Assembly: GCA_012838795.1 (NCBI GenBank)
Contig: DUOO01000028.1
Location: forward strand, 2,324 to 66,323
DNA length: 64,000 nt
From: Clostridiaceae bacterium
Lineage (GTDB): Bacteria > Bacillota > Clostridia > Saccharofermentanales > DTU023
Reading direction: 5' to 3'
Below are positions 27,588-37,024 of this stretch, piece by piece; positions within the stretch are counted from its first letter, which is position 1; each line of letters opens with the position of its first letter. Both the position numbers and the translations under genes were made by a program. Under the pieces are notes generated by a model, which was given only the letters and a program-made list of their open reading frames with translations, had not been told where the DNA came from and made no database searches.

Positions 27588-28792
27588 CGACTTATTCTGT
27601 TTCCGAATTAAATCGTCTAGTCGCAAAAATATTAGATGATCATCCGTTATTAGCAAATATCCAAGTTAATGGTGAAATTTCCGGAGGTAAGCTTTATCCT
27701 TCCGGACACTTTTATTTCTCTCTGAAAGATGAAAATTCCAGTGTGAATTGTGTAATGTTTCGTTCAAATTATAATCGTATTAAGTTTATTCCGAAAAATG
27801 GTGATAAAGTAACAGTCAAAGCCAAAGCGAGTATATACGAAGTTGCCGGTCGATTTCAATTACTGGTCAATTCAATGGAACCTCAAGGTATCGGAGATCT
27901 GTACCAACAATTCGAGTTATTAAAAAAAGAATTGGCAAATCAAGGTTATTTTTCAGAAAATAATAAAAAACAGCTTCCTGAACTGCCGAATTTGATCGGT
28001 GTTGTCACGTCATCGGAAGGTGCAGTAATTAAAGATATAATCAATGTATTAAGACGAAGATTTCCCGGATTTAAAATGCACTTTGTGCCGGTAGCTGTAC
28101 AGGGTTTCGGGGCTGCTGAGCAAATTGCCGATGCAATTGAGCTTCTTAATTTCAGAAATCAAGTCGATGTAATTATTATTGCGAGAGGAGGCGGTTCAAT
28201 TGAAGATTTGTGGGCATTTAATGAGAAAGTTGTTGCTGATGCAATTTTCAATTCGCAAATCCCGATAATTTCTGCAGTTGGACATGAGACAGATTATACG
28301 ATTGCGGATTTTTGTGCAGATTTAAGGGCTCCGACACCTTCTGCAGCTGCAGAATTGGTTGTGCCGGAAAAAAGGATGTTGCTTGAAAATATTCAATTCG
28401 AACGGGAAAAATTAATTAAGTCTTTACAACGTCAACTTTTTAATGCTAAACAAACATTGGATTATTTAATGGAACGATCGGTTTTCAAAAATCCGCGGTC
28501 ATTAATTGATCAACAAAAAAAATTAATCGTAGAACTGAGTGGACGTCTTGAACGAGAAATAAAACATCAAACTAATTATCATAAACGACAAATTACATTT
28601 CTTTACAATAATTTACAAGCATTAAATCCTTTTTCTATTTTGGAACGAGGTTATGCCTATATTGAAAGTTCGGAAAAAACTACTATAGATTCTGTTAACA
28701 AAATTTCGAGTGGTCAAAAAATTAATATCCATTGGTCTGACGGAAAGGCTTCAGCCGAAATTAATGAAATTACATATAAGCGTAAAATATAG
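27584..28792 (+). CDS. xseA: Exodeoxyribonuclease VII large subunit
   Basis: YSVSELN...GEISGGKLYPSGHFYFSLKD, ARGGGSIEDLWAFN, GHETD. Confidence 0.9.
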   Translation: MTTYSVSELNRLVAKILDDHPLLANIQVNGEISGGKLYPSGHFYFSLKDENSSVNCVMFRSNYNRIKFIPKNGDKVTVKAKASIYEVAGRFQLLVNSMEPQGIGDLYQQFELLKKELANQGYFSENNKKQLPELPNLIGVVTSSEGAVIKDIINVLRRRFPGFKMHFVPVAVQGFGAAEQIADAIELLNFRNQVDVIIIARGGGSIEDLWAFNEKVVADAIFNSQIPIISAVGHETDYTIADFCADLRAPTPSAAAELVVPEKRMLLENIQFEREKLIKSLQRQLFNAKQTLDYLMERSVFKNPRSLIDQQKKLIVELSGRLEREIKHQTNYHKRQITFLYNNLQALNPFSILERGYAYIESSEKTTIDSVNKISSGQKINIHWSDGKASAEINEITYKRKI

Positions 28793-28838
28793 TTATGATC
28801 GGAAAATTTATTTGTAAAATCAACTTATAGGAGATGTT

Positions 28839-29114
28839 ATGACAGAAAAATTACCATTAGAAGAAATGCAGTTATATAAATTCGGTTCAGAAAATTCTGA
28901 AGTTGCAGAAGAAAGTGAACAACCGCAATCTTTTCAAGATGCCGTTAATGAATTGAAAAAAATTGTTGAACAATTGGAAAATGTACAAGGAGATCTCGAC
29001 CGGTCAATTAAATTATTTAAAAAAGGCATGAGATTAGCTAAATGGTCAGAAAGTTATTTGACTGAGATGGAAGAACAGATTATCGATATTGTTAATCAAA
29101 GTCATTCAGATTAA
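28839..29114 (+). CDS. xseB: Exodeoxyribonuclease VII small subunit
   Basis: SFQDAVNELKKIVEQLE...LDRSIKLFKKGMRL. Follows xseA. Confidence 0.8.
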   Translation: MTEKLPLEEMQLYKFGSENSEVAEESEQPQSFQDAVNELKKIVEQLENVQGDLDRSIKLFKKGMRLAKWSESYLTEMEEQIIDIVNQSHSD

Positions 29115-29173
29115 ATTAATTAAAGCATATTTGAAACATTCGAAACATTTATTCGAATTTGAAAGGATTTGCT

Positions 29174-30100
29174 ATGGATAAAAATATGCAAAAATATGTT
29201 GAATATTTAGAACAAATTGAAGCTGAACTAAGGTATTGTACATCCGACTCAAAAGTAGAGTCAGAACAAAAGGTCGTTGATGCAATGCGTTACAGTTTGC
29301 TGTCAGGCGGCAAGCGGATTCGTCCGGTTTTGACATTGGCGGTTGCGAATGCTTTAGGGTCTGAAACTGATAATAATCTGTTGCGTCTGTCATCTGTAAT
29401 TGAAATGATTCATTCTTATTCTTTGATCCATGATGACCTTCCTGCGATGGATAATGACGATTTAAGACGAGGCAAACCTACCAATCATATTATTTACGGT
29501 GAAGGTATGGCTGTATTGGCAGGCGATGGTCTGCTGAATTTAGCATACGAAGAATTATTTGAGCTATGTAATAATATGCCTGAGTTGATAAATGTATGTC
29601 AGACGATTTCTCATAATGCCGGAGTTAACGGCATGATTGGCGGACAAAGTATGGATATGACAAATTTTCAGTCTGATGATCAGGAGACATCTCTGCAATA
29701 TTTAATCAAACTGCAAAAATTAAAAACAGGCGGTTTAATTAAAGCGGCAACTTTAAGCGGGTATTATTATGCTGAAGCGATGCAAAATTCAGATCTTTTT
29801 AGTGTAAAGCTTAAGGATTTATTTATTTCTTATGCAGATTGTTTAGGCTTAGCTTTTCAAATCAGAGATGATTTGCTGGATGTTATTTCTGACGAAAAGA
29901 GACTTGGAAAATCAATCGGCAAAGATGTACGCGATAATAAATTAACTTTTGTGACATTACTTGGGATTGAAGAATCAAAGAAATATGAAAATGAATTATA
30001 TCATGATATTATTTTGATTCTTAAACAAATAGAAGAATGTAATGTGGACATTGATTTTCTCAGCTATTTTACCTCAGTATTGATACATCGGGATTATTAA
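29174..30100 (+). CDS. ispA: Polyprenyl (farnesyl/geranylgeranyl) diphosphate synthase
   Basis: GGKRIRP, first DDxxD region HDDLPAMDNDDLRRGKPT, second FQIRDDLLD. ATG 29174 preferred over TTG 29159. Confidence 0.85.
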   Translation: MDKNMQKYVEYLEQIEAELRYCTSDSKVESEQKVVDAMRYSLLSGGKRIRPVLTLAVANALGSETDNNLLRLSSVIEMIHSYSLIHDDLPAMDNDDLRRGKPTNHIIYGEGMAVLAGDGLLNLAYEELFELCNNMPELINVCQTISHNAGVNGMIGGQSMDMTNFQSDDQETSLQYLIKLQKLKTGGLIKAATLSGYYYAEAMQNSDLFSVKLKDLFISYADCLGLAFQIRDDLLDVISDEKRLGKSIGKDVRDNKLTFVTLLGIEESKKYENELYHDIILILKQIEECNVDIDFLSYFTSVLIHRDY

Positions 30101-30174
30101 GTGTTTGAGTGATTTTTTTACATATTTATACCAAATAAGCTATAATAATAAAAAATTACGGGGAATGTCATTAA

Positions 30175-31035
30175 ATGAGAAGAGTAGCTGTATTTCCAAA
30201 TAAGTCGCGTGATCCTGATTTTCAGGTTACAAATCATTTGGTAGAAGAAATTGTTAAAAACGGAGGACAGCCGGTTATAGAACCGGAATTGGCAGGTGGA
30301 TTTCGCTCTCCTTATATCGAATTCAATTCATATACTGATTGTGATTTTATTATCTGTTTGGGTGGTGACGGAACTTTTTTATCTGCTGCTCATCATCCTA
30401 CTTCCAAAGGTTTACCGCAAATCGGCATTAATCTCGGTAGTGTTGGCTTCCTTACTGAAATAGAACCTGATAAAATTACGCAAGCAGTTCCGTTATTACT
30501 ATCAGGTCAATATCAAATTGAAGAACGGATGATGCTAGATGTAAAGTGTTATGATCATAATTTGAATTTGATTGACCATGGATACGCTTTGAATGATGTT
30601 GTATTATGTCGAGGAGGCGGAAACACCGGTATTTTGACTTTCGATTTGACAATTGATGATAATAAAGTTGAACGTATACCCGGTGACGGAATAATCATTT
30701 CCACTCCTACAGGTTCAACAGCTTATAATCTCGCTGCAGGCGGGCCTATTGTTCATCCGCAGGTGAATGTAATTTTAATTACTCCTTTAGCACCGCATAC
30801 ATTGCATAATAGAACATATATTACGGATAGTAAATCTATTGTAAGATTACAATTAGTAAAAAAATCCGGTCCTGCCATTTTTTCTATTGACGGCAGACAA
30901 GACATAGCGGTTGAAGCTGATCATTATGCTTTATTAAGCGGTTCGCAAATGTATTTTAATAAAATTCGCTTAAGCGATGATAAATTCTATCAAACATTAC
31001 CGAATAAAATTCAATTAAGGGGAATGGCCAGATGA
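30175..31035 (+). CDS. nadK: NAD+ kinase
   Basis: GGDGTFL, NDVVL, GDGIIISTPTGSTAYNLAAGGPIV. Confidence 0.85.
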   Translation: MRRVAVFPNKSRDPDFQVTNHLVEEIVKNGGQPVIEPELAGGFRSPYIEFNSYTDCDFIICLGGDGTFLSAAHHPTSKGLPQIGINLGSVGFLTEIEPDKITQAVPLLLSGQYQIEERMMLDVKCYDHNLNLIDHGYALNDVVLCRGGGNTGILTFDLTIDDNKVERIPGDGIIISTPTGSTAYNLAAGGPIVHPQVNVILITPLAPHTLHNRTYITDSKSIVRLQLVKKSGPAIFSIDGRQDIAVEADHYALLSGSQMYFNKIRLSDDKFYQTLPNKIQLRGMAR

Positions 31036-31511
31036 ATCCATCAAAAAATTTACGACAGAGCAGAATTCTGCAAATTATTAAACAGAATAATATCGAAACA
31101 CAGGAAGAATTAGTTGTTGCATTGAAAAAGTTCAATATGGATGTTACACAAGCTACAGTTTCCAGAGATATTAAAGAACTGGGCATTTTAAAAGTTGCAA
31201 CAGGCCACGGCAAACAAAAATATGTGCCTATGAGTCAAAGTGGTGAGGGAGCATCGGGTCGTTTTATGACAATTTTTATTGAGGCTGTAATTTCTGTAGA
31301 ATGTACGGATAGTTTTGTTATTATTAAGACTCTTCCCGGCATGGCTCAAGCTGCAGCAGCTTCGCTCGATTCAATGCATCTGGAACAAATCATCGGTTCA
31401 ATAGCAGGAGATGATACAATTTTTGCAGCGACCAGATCCGATCAGGATGCAATACAATTAAAAGCGATTTTACTCTCAATTTCCAATATACATACAATTC
31501 AAGACAATTAA
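31032..31511 (+). CDS. argR: Arginine repressor
   Basis: RQSRILQIIKQNNIETQEELV...VTQATVSRDIKEL and GTIAGDDT-like GSIAGDDTIF. Confidence 0.85.
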   Translation: MNPSKNLRQSRILQIIKQNNIETQEELVVALKKFNMDVTQATVSRDIKELGILKVATGHGKQKYVPMSQSGEGASGRFMTIFIEAVISVECTDSFVIIKTLPGMAQAAAASLDSMHLEQIIGSIAGDDTIFAATRSDQDAIQLKAILLSISNIHTIQDN

Positions 31512-31560
31512 ATAAAACTTTTAAAATTAGTGACACTAAAAACCAGGAGCATAAAAAGCA

Positions 31561-33243
31561 ATGTTGAAAAAAGTTGAAATTAGTAATTTTGCTTTGATTG
31601 AATCCGCTCTTTTTGAACCCGGAAGACATTTAACCGTAATCAGTGGCGAAACGGGAGCAGGAAAATCGTTATTAATTGATGCTTTAGGGAGTTTAACCGG
31701 GAAAAGAGCCAATCGTGAAATTGTTCGCACCGGATGTGATTATGCAAGAGTTGAAGCTGTTTTTTCTTTGTCTCCCGAATCTAAACAGTTTTCTGTATTT
31801 AAGGAATTTGATGATAAACAATTAATTCTCGGCCGTGAGATTTATGCAGATGGCGGAAGTCAAGCAAGAATTAACGGTCGTTTAGTAAACATATCTTTAT
31901 TACGTGAAGTAAGTGAACATTTGATAGGTTTACATGCTCAATATGAACAACAACAGATTTTTTCCTTAACGGAACAGAGAAATTTGTTAGATAGATATAT
32001 TGGCGAACCGATTACGGAATTACTTGTACAATGGCAATCTTTATTAAATAACAGAAAAATGCTGGCGGAACAATTAAAAGAGTATGGTTTGAATCCTACG
32101 GAACGTGTCAGACAAATTGAATTACTTAAATACCAAATCGCTGAAATCAACAATGCAGAATTGATAATTGATGAAGATAAAAAATTAATAGAAAGAAATA
32201 AAATTTTGGCGACTTTGTCCAGAATGAAACAAGATTTAAGCAAAGTCAGGAATATTTTATCAGCTGATTCCGAACATGGTGTTGCCAGCCTGCTGGCGCA
32301 ATCCGCCAGTATATTAGATTATAGTGCGCGTTTTTCAAAAAAAACCGGTTTTTATCAAGATCGTTTAAAAGAATTAGCGGCTGAAGTATCTGAATACGCA
32401 ATTAATTTGGCTGATATATATCAAGAACTGAAAGCGGAACCCAATGAAATTGAAAGAATTAATCAACGATTAGACCTGATCGATAAATTGAAAATTAAAT
32501 ATGGAGATACAATTGACGAAATTTTACATTATTTGGCTGATTCCGAGAAAAGATTAATACTATTACTGAAGAGTGAAGAGTTGTTCAATCAATGCCGTGC
32601 TGATTTATTAATTAATGAACAGGCAATGAATGAATTGGCTGAAAAAATTCATAATCTTCGTCTGAAAGCAAGCAATGAATTAAGTGAAAAAATCTCAGGA
32701 GCCTTGGCAAAACTTGCTATGCCAAATGTAAAATTTTCAGTAGAGATAAAAATGTTGAAAAAAGCTGAAAAAGGCTATTACGGGATAAAAGGCAGAGATC
32801 AAGTAGAGTATTTTATCCAACCTAATATAGGAGAACCTCTGATGCCTTTGAATAAAATAGCTTCCGGCGGAGAAGTGTCGCGTATTCTCTTGGCAATAAA
32901 GTCAATTTTAGGTGAAAATGATGAGCTGGAAGTTTTGATTTTTGATGAAATCGATAGTGGCGTTAGTGGCAATACAGCATTAAGTGTAGCGGCAATGCTG
33001 CGGGAAATTGCAAGGAATAAGCAGGTACTGTGTGTGTCACATATGGCTCAAGTCGCTGCAGCATCAGATACTCATTACTTGATCGAAAAAAAGGTCCAAG
33101 ATCAACGAACTTCCACTCAATTACGAAAACTCAATTTCGCGGAGAAAACCAAGGAAGTTGCCAGGTTACTCTCAGGTAATCCCGATGATCAATCAACTGT
33201 TAATTTAGCAAAAAAAATGATTGCACTATATGAGCAACGCTGA
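31561..33243 (+). CDS. recN: DNA repair protein RecN
   Basis: SMC-like: GETGAGKS Walker A, coiled coil, ASGGE signature, IFDEIDSG Walker B. Confidence 0.9.
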   Translation: MLKKVEISNFALIESALFEPGRHLTVISGETGAGKSLLIDALGSLTGKRANREIVRTGCDYARVEAVFSLSPESKQFSVFKEFDDKQLILGREIYADGGSQARINGRLVNISLLREVSEHLIGLHAQYEQQQIFSLTEQRNLLDRYIGEPITELLVQWQSLLNNRKMLAEQLKEYGLNPTERVRQIELLKYQIAEINNAELIIDEDKKLIERNKILATLSRMKQDLSKVRNILSADSEHGVASLLAQSASILDYSARFSKKTGFYQDRLKELAAEVSEYAINLADIYQELKAEPNEIERINQRLDLIDKLKIKYGDTIDEILHYLADSEKRLILLLKSEELFNQCRADLLINEQAMNELAEKIHNLRLKASNELSEKISGALAKLAMPNVKFSVEIKMLKKAEKGYYGIKGRDQVEYFIQPNIGEPLMPLNKIASGGEVSRILLAIKSILGENDELEVLIFDEIDSGVSGNTALSVAAMLREIARNKQVLCVSHMAQVAAASDTHYLIEKKVQDQRTSTQLRKLNFAEKTKEVARLLSGNPDDQSTVNLAKKMIALYEQR

Positions 33244-33327
33244 TGACTGATTTTTACCAATACGTTTTTTGAAACGTTTTTTGAAATAGTTTTATATAAA
33301 TGATTTTCAGGTAATATTTTCTTGAGA

Positions 33328-34476
33328 TTATTCCAAATTTTCGAATAATTTCATCATGTCATTTGGTAATTCCGCTTTGAATTCCAGATATTTTTTAGTA
33401 ATAGGATGAGTGAAACCGATTAATCTGGAATGCAGAGCCTGGCGCTTAATTAAGCTATCCAAGATTAACTGTTTTTCAGTAATTAATGATTTGAAATTTG
33501 CCTGATACTCCGGTGCAACTCTTTGAGGATTAATTTTTAATGAATCGGTATGAATTAACTTGTATTGTTTACAGTTGTATTCAATATTCTCATTAATTTC
33601 ATATTCATTATTTTCATTGAAATTTTCCTGAAAACAGAGGAAATTTAGATTCGGATCAATTCTCAGAATATTAAAATTATCTTGATGATCGAATTCACAA
33701 TAATTGCTTATTCCGTACAAACCATCACCGAGTAAAGGATGTCCGCAATATAAACTATGAACTCGTATCTGATGAGTTCTGCCGGTTTCAAGTGCAAACT
33801 CAACCCAATCAAGATTTTGTTCTTTGAATGAATACAGAACTCGGTAATTCGTTATTGCAGATTTTCCTGTTTGATCCACAACCCTGACCATGATACTATT
33901 CGGGAAACGCTTGATAGGTTGATTAACAGTGTTTTGTTGTTTGGTCCAATGGCCGTGGGTCAGAGCCCAATAAATTCGCCTGATATGATTTTTCGCAATC
34001 TGATAGTGAGAATGGGGATGTTTTGCAATAATCAAAGCTCCGGTTGTTTCTCGATCTAGTCGGGTTACCGGATGTAATTTTTTATCTGAAATAAGGTCTA
34101 ATAATGTATTATCAGGATGGGACATTGTCGGATGTACAACGAGGTCAGCCGGCTTATTCAGGACAATCAAGTGCTCATCTTCAAATATAACCTCAATGCC
34201 TGAAATCTGATTAGTTATTATTGGTATCGATTCCGAATAATCTTTATCCGGATGTGCAACAATTCGGTCACCGGTATGTACTATATCAATCATTCGCGCG
34301 GGTATATCGTTAATCCATAAGTTGCCGTAAAGTCGAATTCTTTTCTGCATGTTAGATGAAATTCCAAATTCATCAATTAATGCATCAACGGCTCTTTTTG
34401 AATCTTGATTATGTTTTACGGTAAATTTAAATTCCATAACGATATTTTTATTAAATAACATTATATTGTCAAACAA
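33328..34476 (-). CDS. RluA-family pseudouridine synthase carrying an N-rich insertion of about 80-90 aa
   Basis: VLNKPADLVVHP, catalytic HPVTRLDRETTGALI, GRTHQIRVH, RQALHS...FTHP. The insertion lies between GDGLYG and RQALHS. Confidence 0.75.
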   Translation of the reverse strand: MFDNIMLFNKNIVMEFKFTVKHNQDSKRAVDALIDEFGISSNMQKRIRLYGNLWINDIPARMIDIVHTGDRIVAHPDKDYSESIPIITNQISGIEVIFEDEHLIVLNKPADLVVHPTMSHPDNTLLDLISDKKLHPVTRLDRETTGALIIAKHPHSHYQIAKNHIRRIYWALTHGHWTKQQNTVNQPIKRFPNSIMVRVVDQTGKSAITNYRVLYSFKEQNLDWVEFALETGRTHQIRVHSLYCGHPLLGDGLYGISNYCEFDHQDNFNILRIDPNLNFLCFQENFNENNEYEINENIEYNCKQYKLIHTDSLKINPQRVAPEYQANFKSLITEKQLILDSLIKRQALHSRLIGFTHPITKKYLEFKAELPNDMMKLFENLE

Positions 34477-34577
34477 ACGTAAAAAAATTTAAGACAATTT
34501 GACGTTTGACAGTGATTTTCTTACAATATATGACGTGAATTAAATTATTTATGAATTTATAATTTGCAACTTGAAAT

Positions 34578-36152
34578 ATGAATATGGAGGTGATCGCCAT
34601 TTTGCAGTTTATTGGTGGCTTATTAATCGGATTAGCATTTACTATTGCTGTTACCGTTTTTTATAAAAAGGGCTTAAGTAAACAAAGTAAAGAACTTGCG
34701 CTTGAACGAGAACAAGTTAATGAAAAGGCAATTCAAATTATTGCTGATGCTGAACTTGAAGGTGAAAATCGCAAAAGAGAATTATTATTGCAAACAAAAG
34801 AGGAAGTTCATCTCACTAAAACGGAATTGGAAAAGTCTGCTCGGGAATTAAGAACTGAGTTGCAACGTGATCGAAATCGACTTAATCAAAAGGAAGAGAA
34901 CTATGAACGTAAAATAGACACTCTTGAACGTAAAGAAGAAGCTTTGCAAAAGAGAATTGAAGATTTAGATCATAAAGAAGACGAGTTAAGTGAGAGAGAA
35001 TCAAAGATTATTGCTGAAATGGAGCGAATTTCAGGCTTAAGCATAAGTGAAGCCAGAGAACAGGTTCTGGAAGAAGCAAGAACTGAATATAGTCATGATA
35101 TGGCAATGATGTTACGTCAAATGGAAGAAGAAACGCATGAGATTGCTGCACGTGAAGCAAGAGAAATTATTGTTAACTCAATTCAACGATATGCATCGGA
35201 TTATGTTTCAGAATCTACTGTATCAGTTGTTGATCTTCCCAATGAGGAAATGAAGGGCAGAATTATCGGTCGCGAAGGTAGAAATATCAGAACGATTGAG
35301 AGTATGACAGGTGTTGATTTAATTATTGATGATACCCCTGAAGCAGTTATTATTTCAAGCTTTAATCCGATCAGGCGGGAAATTGCCAGACTTGCTCTTG
35401 AGAGATTGGTTTTTGACGGAAGAATCCATCCTTCCAGAATTGAAGATTCTGTTGAAAAAGCAAAGAAGGAAATTGAACAATCAATTAAAGAAGCGGGTGA
35501 AGAGGCAGTCTTTGAGACCGGTGTAGTAGGACTGCATCCGGAGATAATACGTTTGCTGGGTCGTATGAAATACAGAACGAGTTACGGGCAAAATGTTTTG
35601 AAGCATTCAATTGAAGTTTGTTGGTTAACCGGTGCGATGGCAGCAGATCTGGGATTAGATGTAACATTGGCAAAACGTGCAGGATTGCTACATGATATCG
35701 GTAAAGCTACTGACTTTGAGCTGGAAGGATCTCATGTTCAAATCGGAGCTGAAATCGCGAGAAAATATAATGAAGGCGAGATTGTAATCAATGCGATAGA
35801 ATCCCATCACGGTGATACAGAAACCACAGATTTAATTGCGAATCTGGTTGCTGCAGCGGATGCAATTTCGGCTGCCAGACCCGGAGCAAGAAGAGAAAAC
35901 GTAGAAAGCTATATTAAAAGAATAGAAAGTTTGGAAGAAATTGCAAATTCTTTTGCAGGGGTTGAAAAAACGTATGCTGTACAAGCCGGACGAGAGATTA
36001 GAGTCATGGTTAAGCCTGATGAGGTTTCGGATGATGAAATGATCTTAAAAGCTCATGAAATAAGCAAGAAAATTGAAAATGAATTAACTTATCCGGGCAT
36101 GATAAAAGTACAAATGATTCGTGAAAGTCGTGTTTCCGACTACGCAAAATAA
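34578..36152 (+). CDS. rny: Ribonuclease Y
   Basis: N-terminal TM, coiled coil, KH domain ([12 protein letters not shown]), HD domain (LLHDIGKA). Confidence 0.9.
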   Translation: MNMEVIAILQFIGGLLIGLAFTIAVTVFYKKGLSKQSKELALEREQVNEKAIQIIADAELEGENRKRELLLQTKEEVHLTKTELEKSARELRTELQRDRNRLNQKEENYERKIDTLERKEEALQKRIEDLDHKEDELSERESKIIAEMERISGLSISEAREQVLEEARTEYSHDMAMMLRQMEEETHEIAAREAREIIVNSIQRYASDYVSESTVSVVDLPNEEMKGRIIGREGRNIRTIESMTGVDLIIDDTPEAVIISSFNPIRREIARLALERLVFDGRIHPSRIEDSVEKAKKEIEQSIKEAGEEAVFETGVVGLHPEIIRLLGRMKYRTSYGQNVLKHSIEVCWLTGAMAADLGLDVTLAKRAGLLHDIGKATDFELEGSHVQIGAEIARKYNEGEIVINAIESHHGDTETTDLIANLVAAADAISAARPGARRENVESYIKRIESLEEIANSFAGVEKTYAVQAGREIRVMVKPDEVSDDEMILKAHEISKKIENELTYPGMIKVQMIRESRVSDYAK

Positions 36153-36157
36153 AATGA

Positions 36158-36195
36158 AGCCGGGTTTGACCTAGAGTTGGACCCGGCTTTTTTTA
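36158..36195 (+). terminator. Rho-independent terminator after rny
   Basis: aagccgggt / acccggctt stem followed by a T7 run. Confidence 0.85.
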
Positions 36196-36214
36196 TGGTA
36201 CAATAACAATCAAG

Positions 36215-37024
36215 ATGACGAATTTAAATATTTTGTTTATTGGGGATATTGTAGGACGTTCCGGTAGAAAAATTTTAAAACAAAAGCTACCTTTACTTAA
36301 GCAACAGTACTTAGTGGATTTTGTTTTTTGTAACGGAGAGAATTCTGCGGGCGGATTAGGGATTACTGCTTCCACTGCAGGGGAATTATTGAGTTCAGGA
36401 GTTGATGGAATTACTCTCGGCAATCATATCTGGAGTCAAAAGATATGGTTGCAACAAGCTTCTCATTTCAGACAGGTATGTCGTCCGCTTAATGCTCCTG
36501 ATGCTTGGCCGGGTTTTGATCATGTATATATAAAGAAAGAAAATCATGATGTTTTGTTGCTGAGTTTATTGGGCCAAGCATTTATTAAACCGGTTCTGAA
36601 GAATCCTTTTAATGTAATAGAAGAAATGTTACCGAAGTTCAAAGAGAAATATCGTACAAAAAACATTATTATAGACTTTCATGCGGAAAGCACTGCTGAG
36701 AAAATAACCATGGGTTATTTTCTGGAGAATAGAGTACTTGCTGTTTTAGGCACACATACTCATGTTCAAACTGCGGACGAAAAGATATTAGGTAACGGTA
36801 CTGCTTTTATAACTGATGTCGGTATGACCGGTCCGGTAAACGGAGTACTCGGTATGAGTAAAATAATTGCTGTTGAACGAGCTGTGAATTTATTGCCTGC
36901 AATGTATAATATCGAGAAAGATTCTTATGCTATGATCAATGCAGTTTTAATGACGATTGATCCGATTGCAGGTCAAACTAAAAAAATAGAAAGAATTCAA
37001 ATTTTTGATCATGTTTTTGAATAA
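36215..37024 (+). CDS. ymdB: YmdB-family (TIGR00282) metallophosphoesterase
   Basis: ILFIGDIVGRSGR, NGENSAGG, DFHAE, GTHTHVQTADE. Conserved rny-ymdB pairing. Confidence 0.85.
   Translation: MTNLNILFIGDIVGRSGRKILKQKLPLLKQQYLVDFVFCNGENSAGGLGITASTAGELLSSGVDGITLGNHIWSQKIWLQQASHFRQVCRPLNAPDAWPGFDHVYIKKENHDVLLLSLLGQAFIKPVLKNPFNVIEEMLPKFKEKYRTKNIIIDFHAESTAEKITMGYFLENRVLAVLGTHTHVQTADEKILGNGTAFITDVGMTGPVNGVLGMSKIIAVERAVNLLPAMYNIEKDSYAMINAVLMTIDPIAGQTKKIERIQIFDHVFE

Noticed and set aside
33259-33285. Direct repeat acgttttttgaa x2 between the convergent recN and rluA-family genes
   Set aside because: It is only two short copies in a T-rich convergent intergenic spacer. It most simply reads as weak bidirectional terminator sequence (cgttt/aaacg stem plus T-run).
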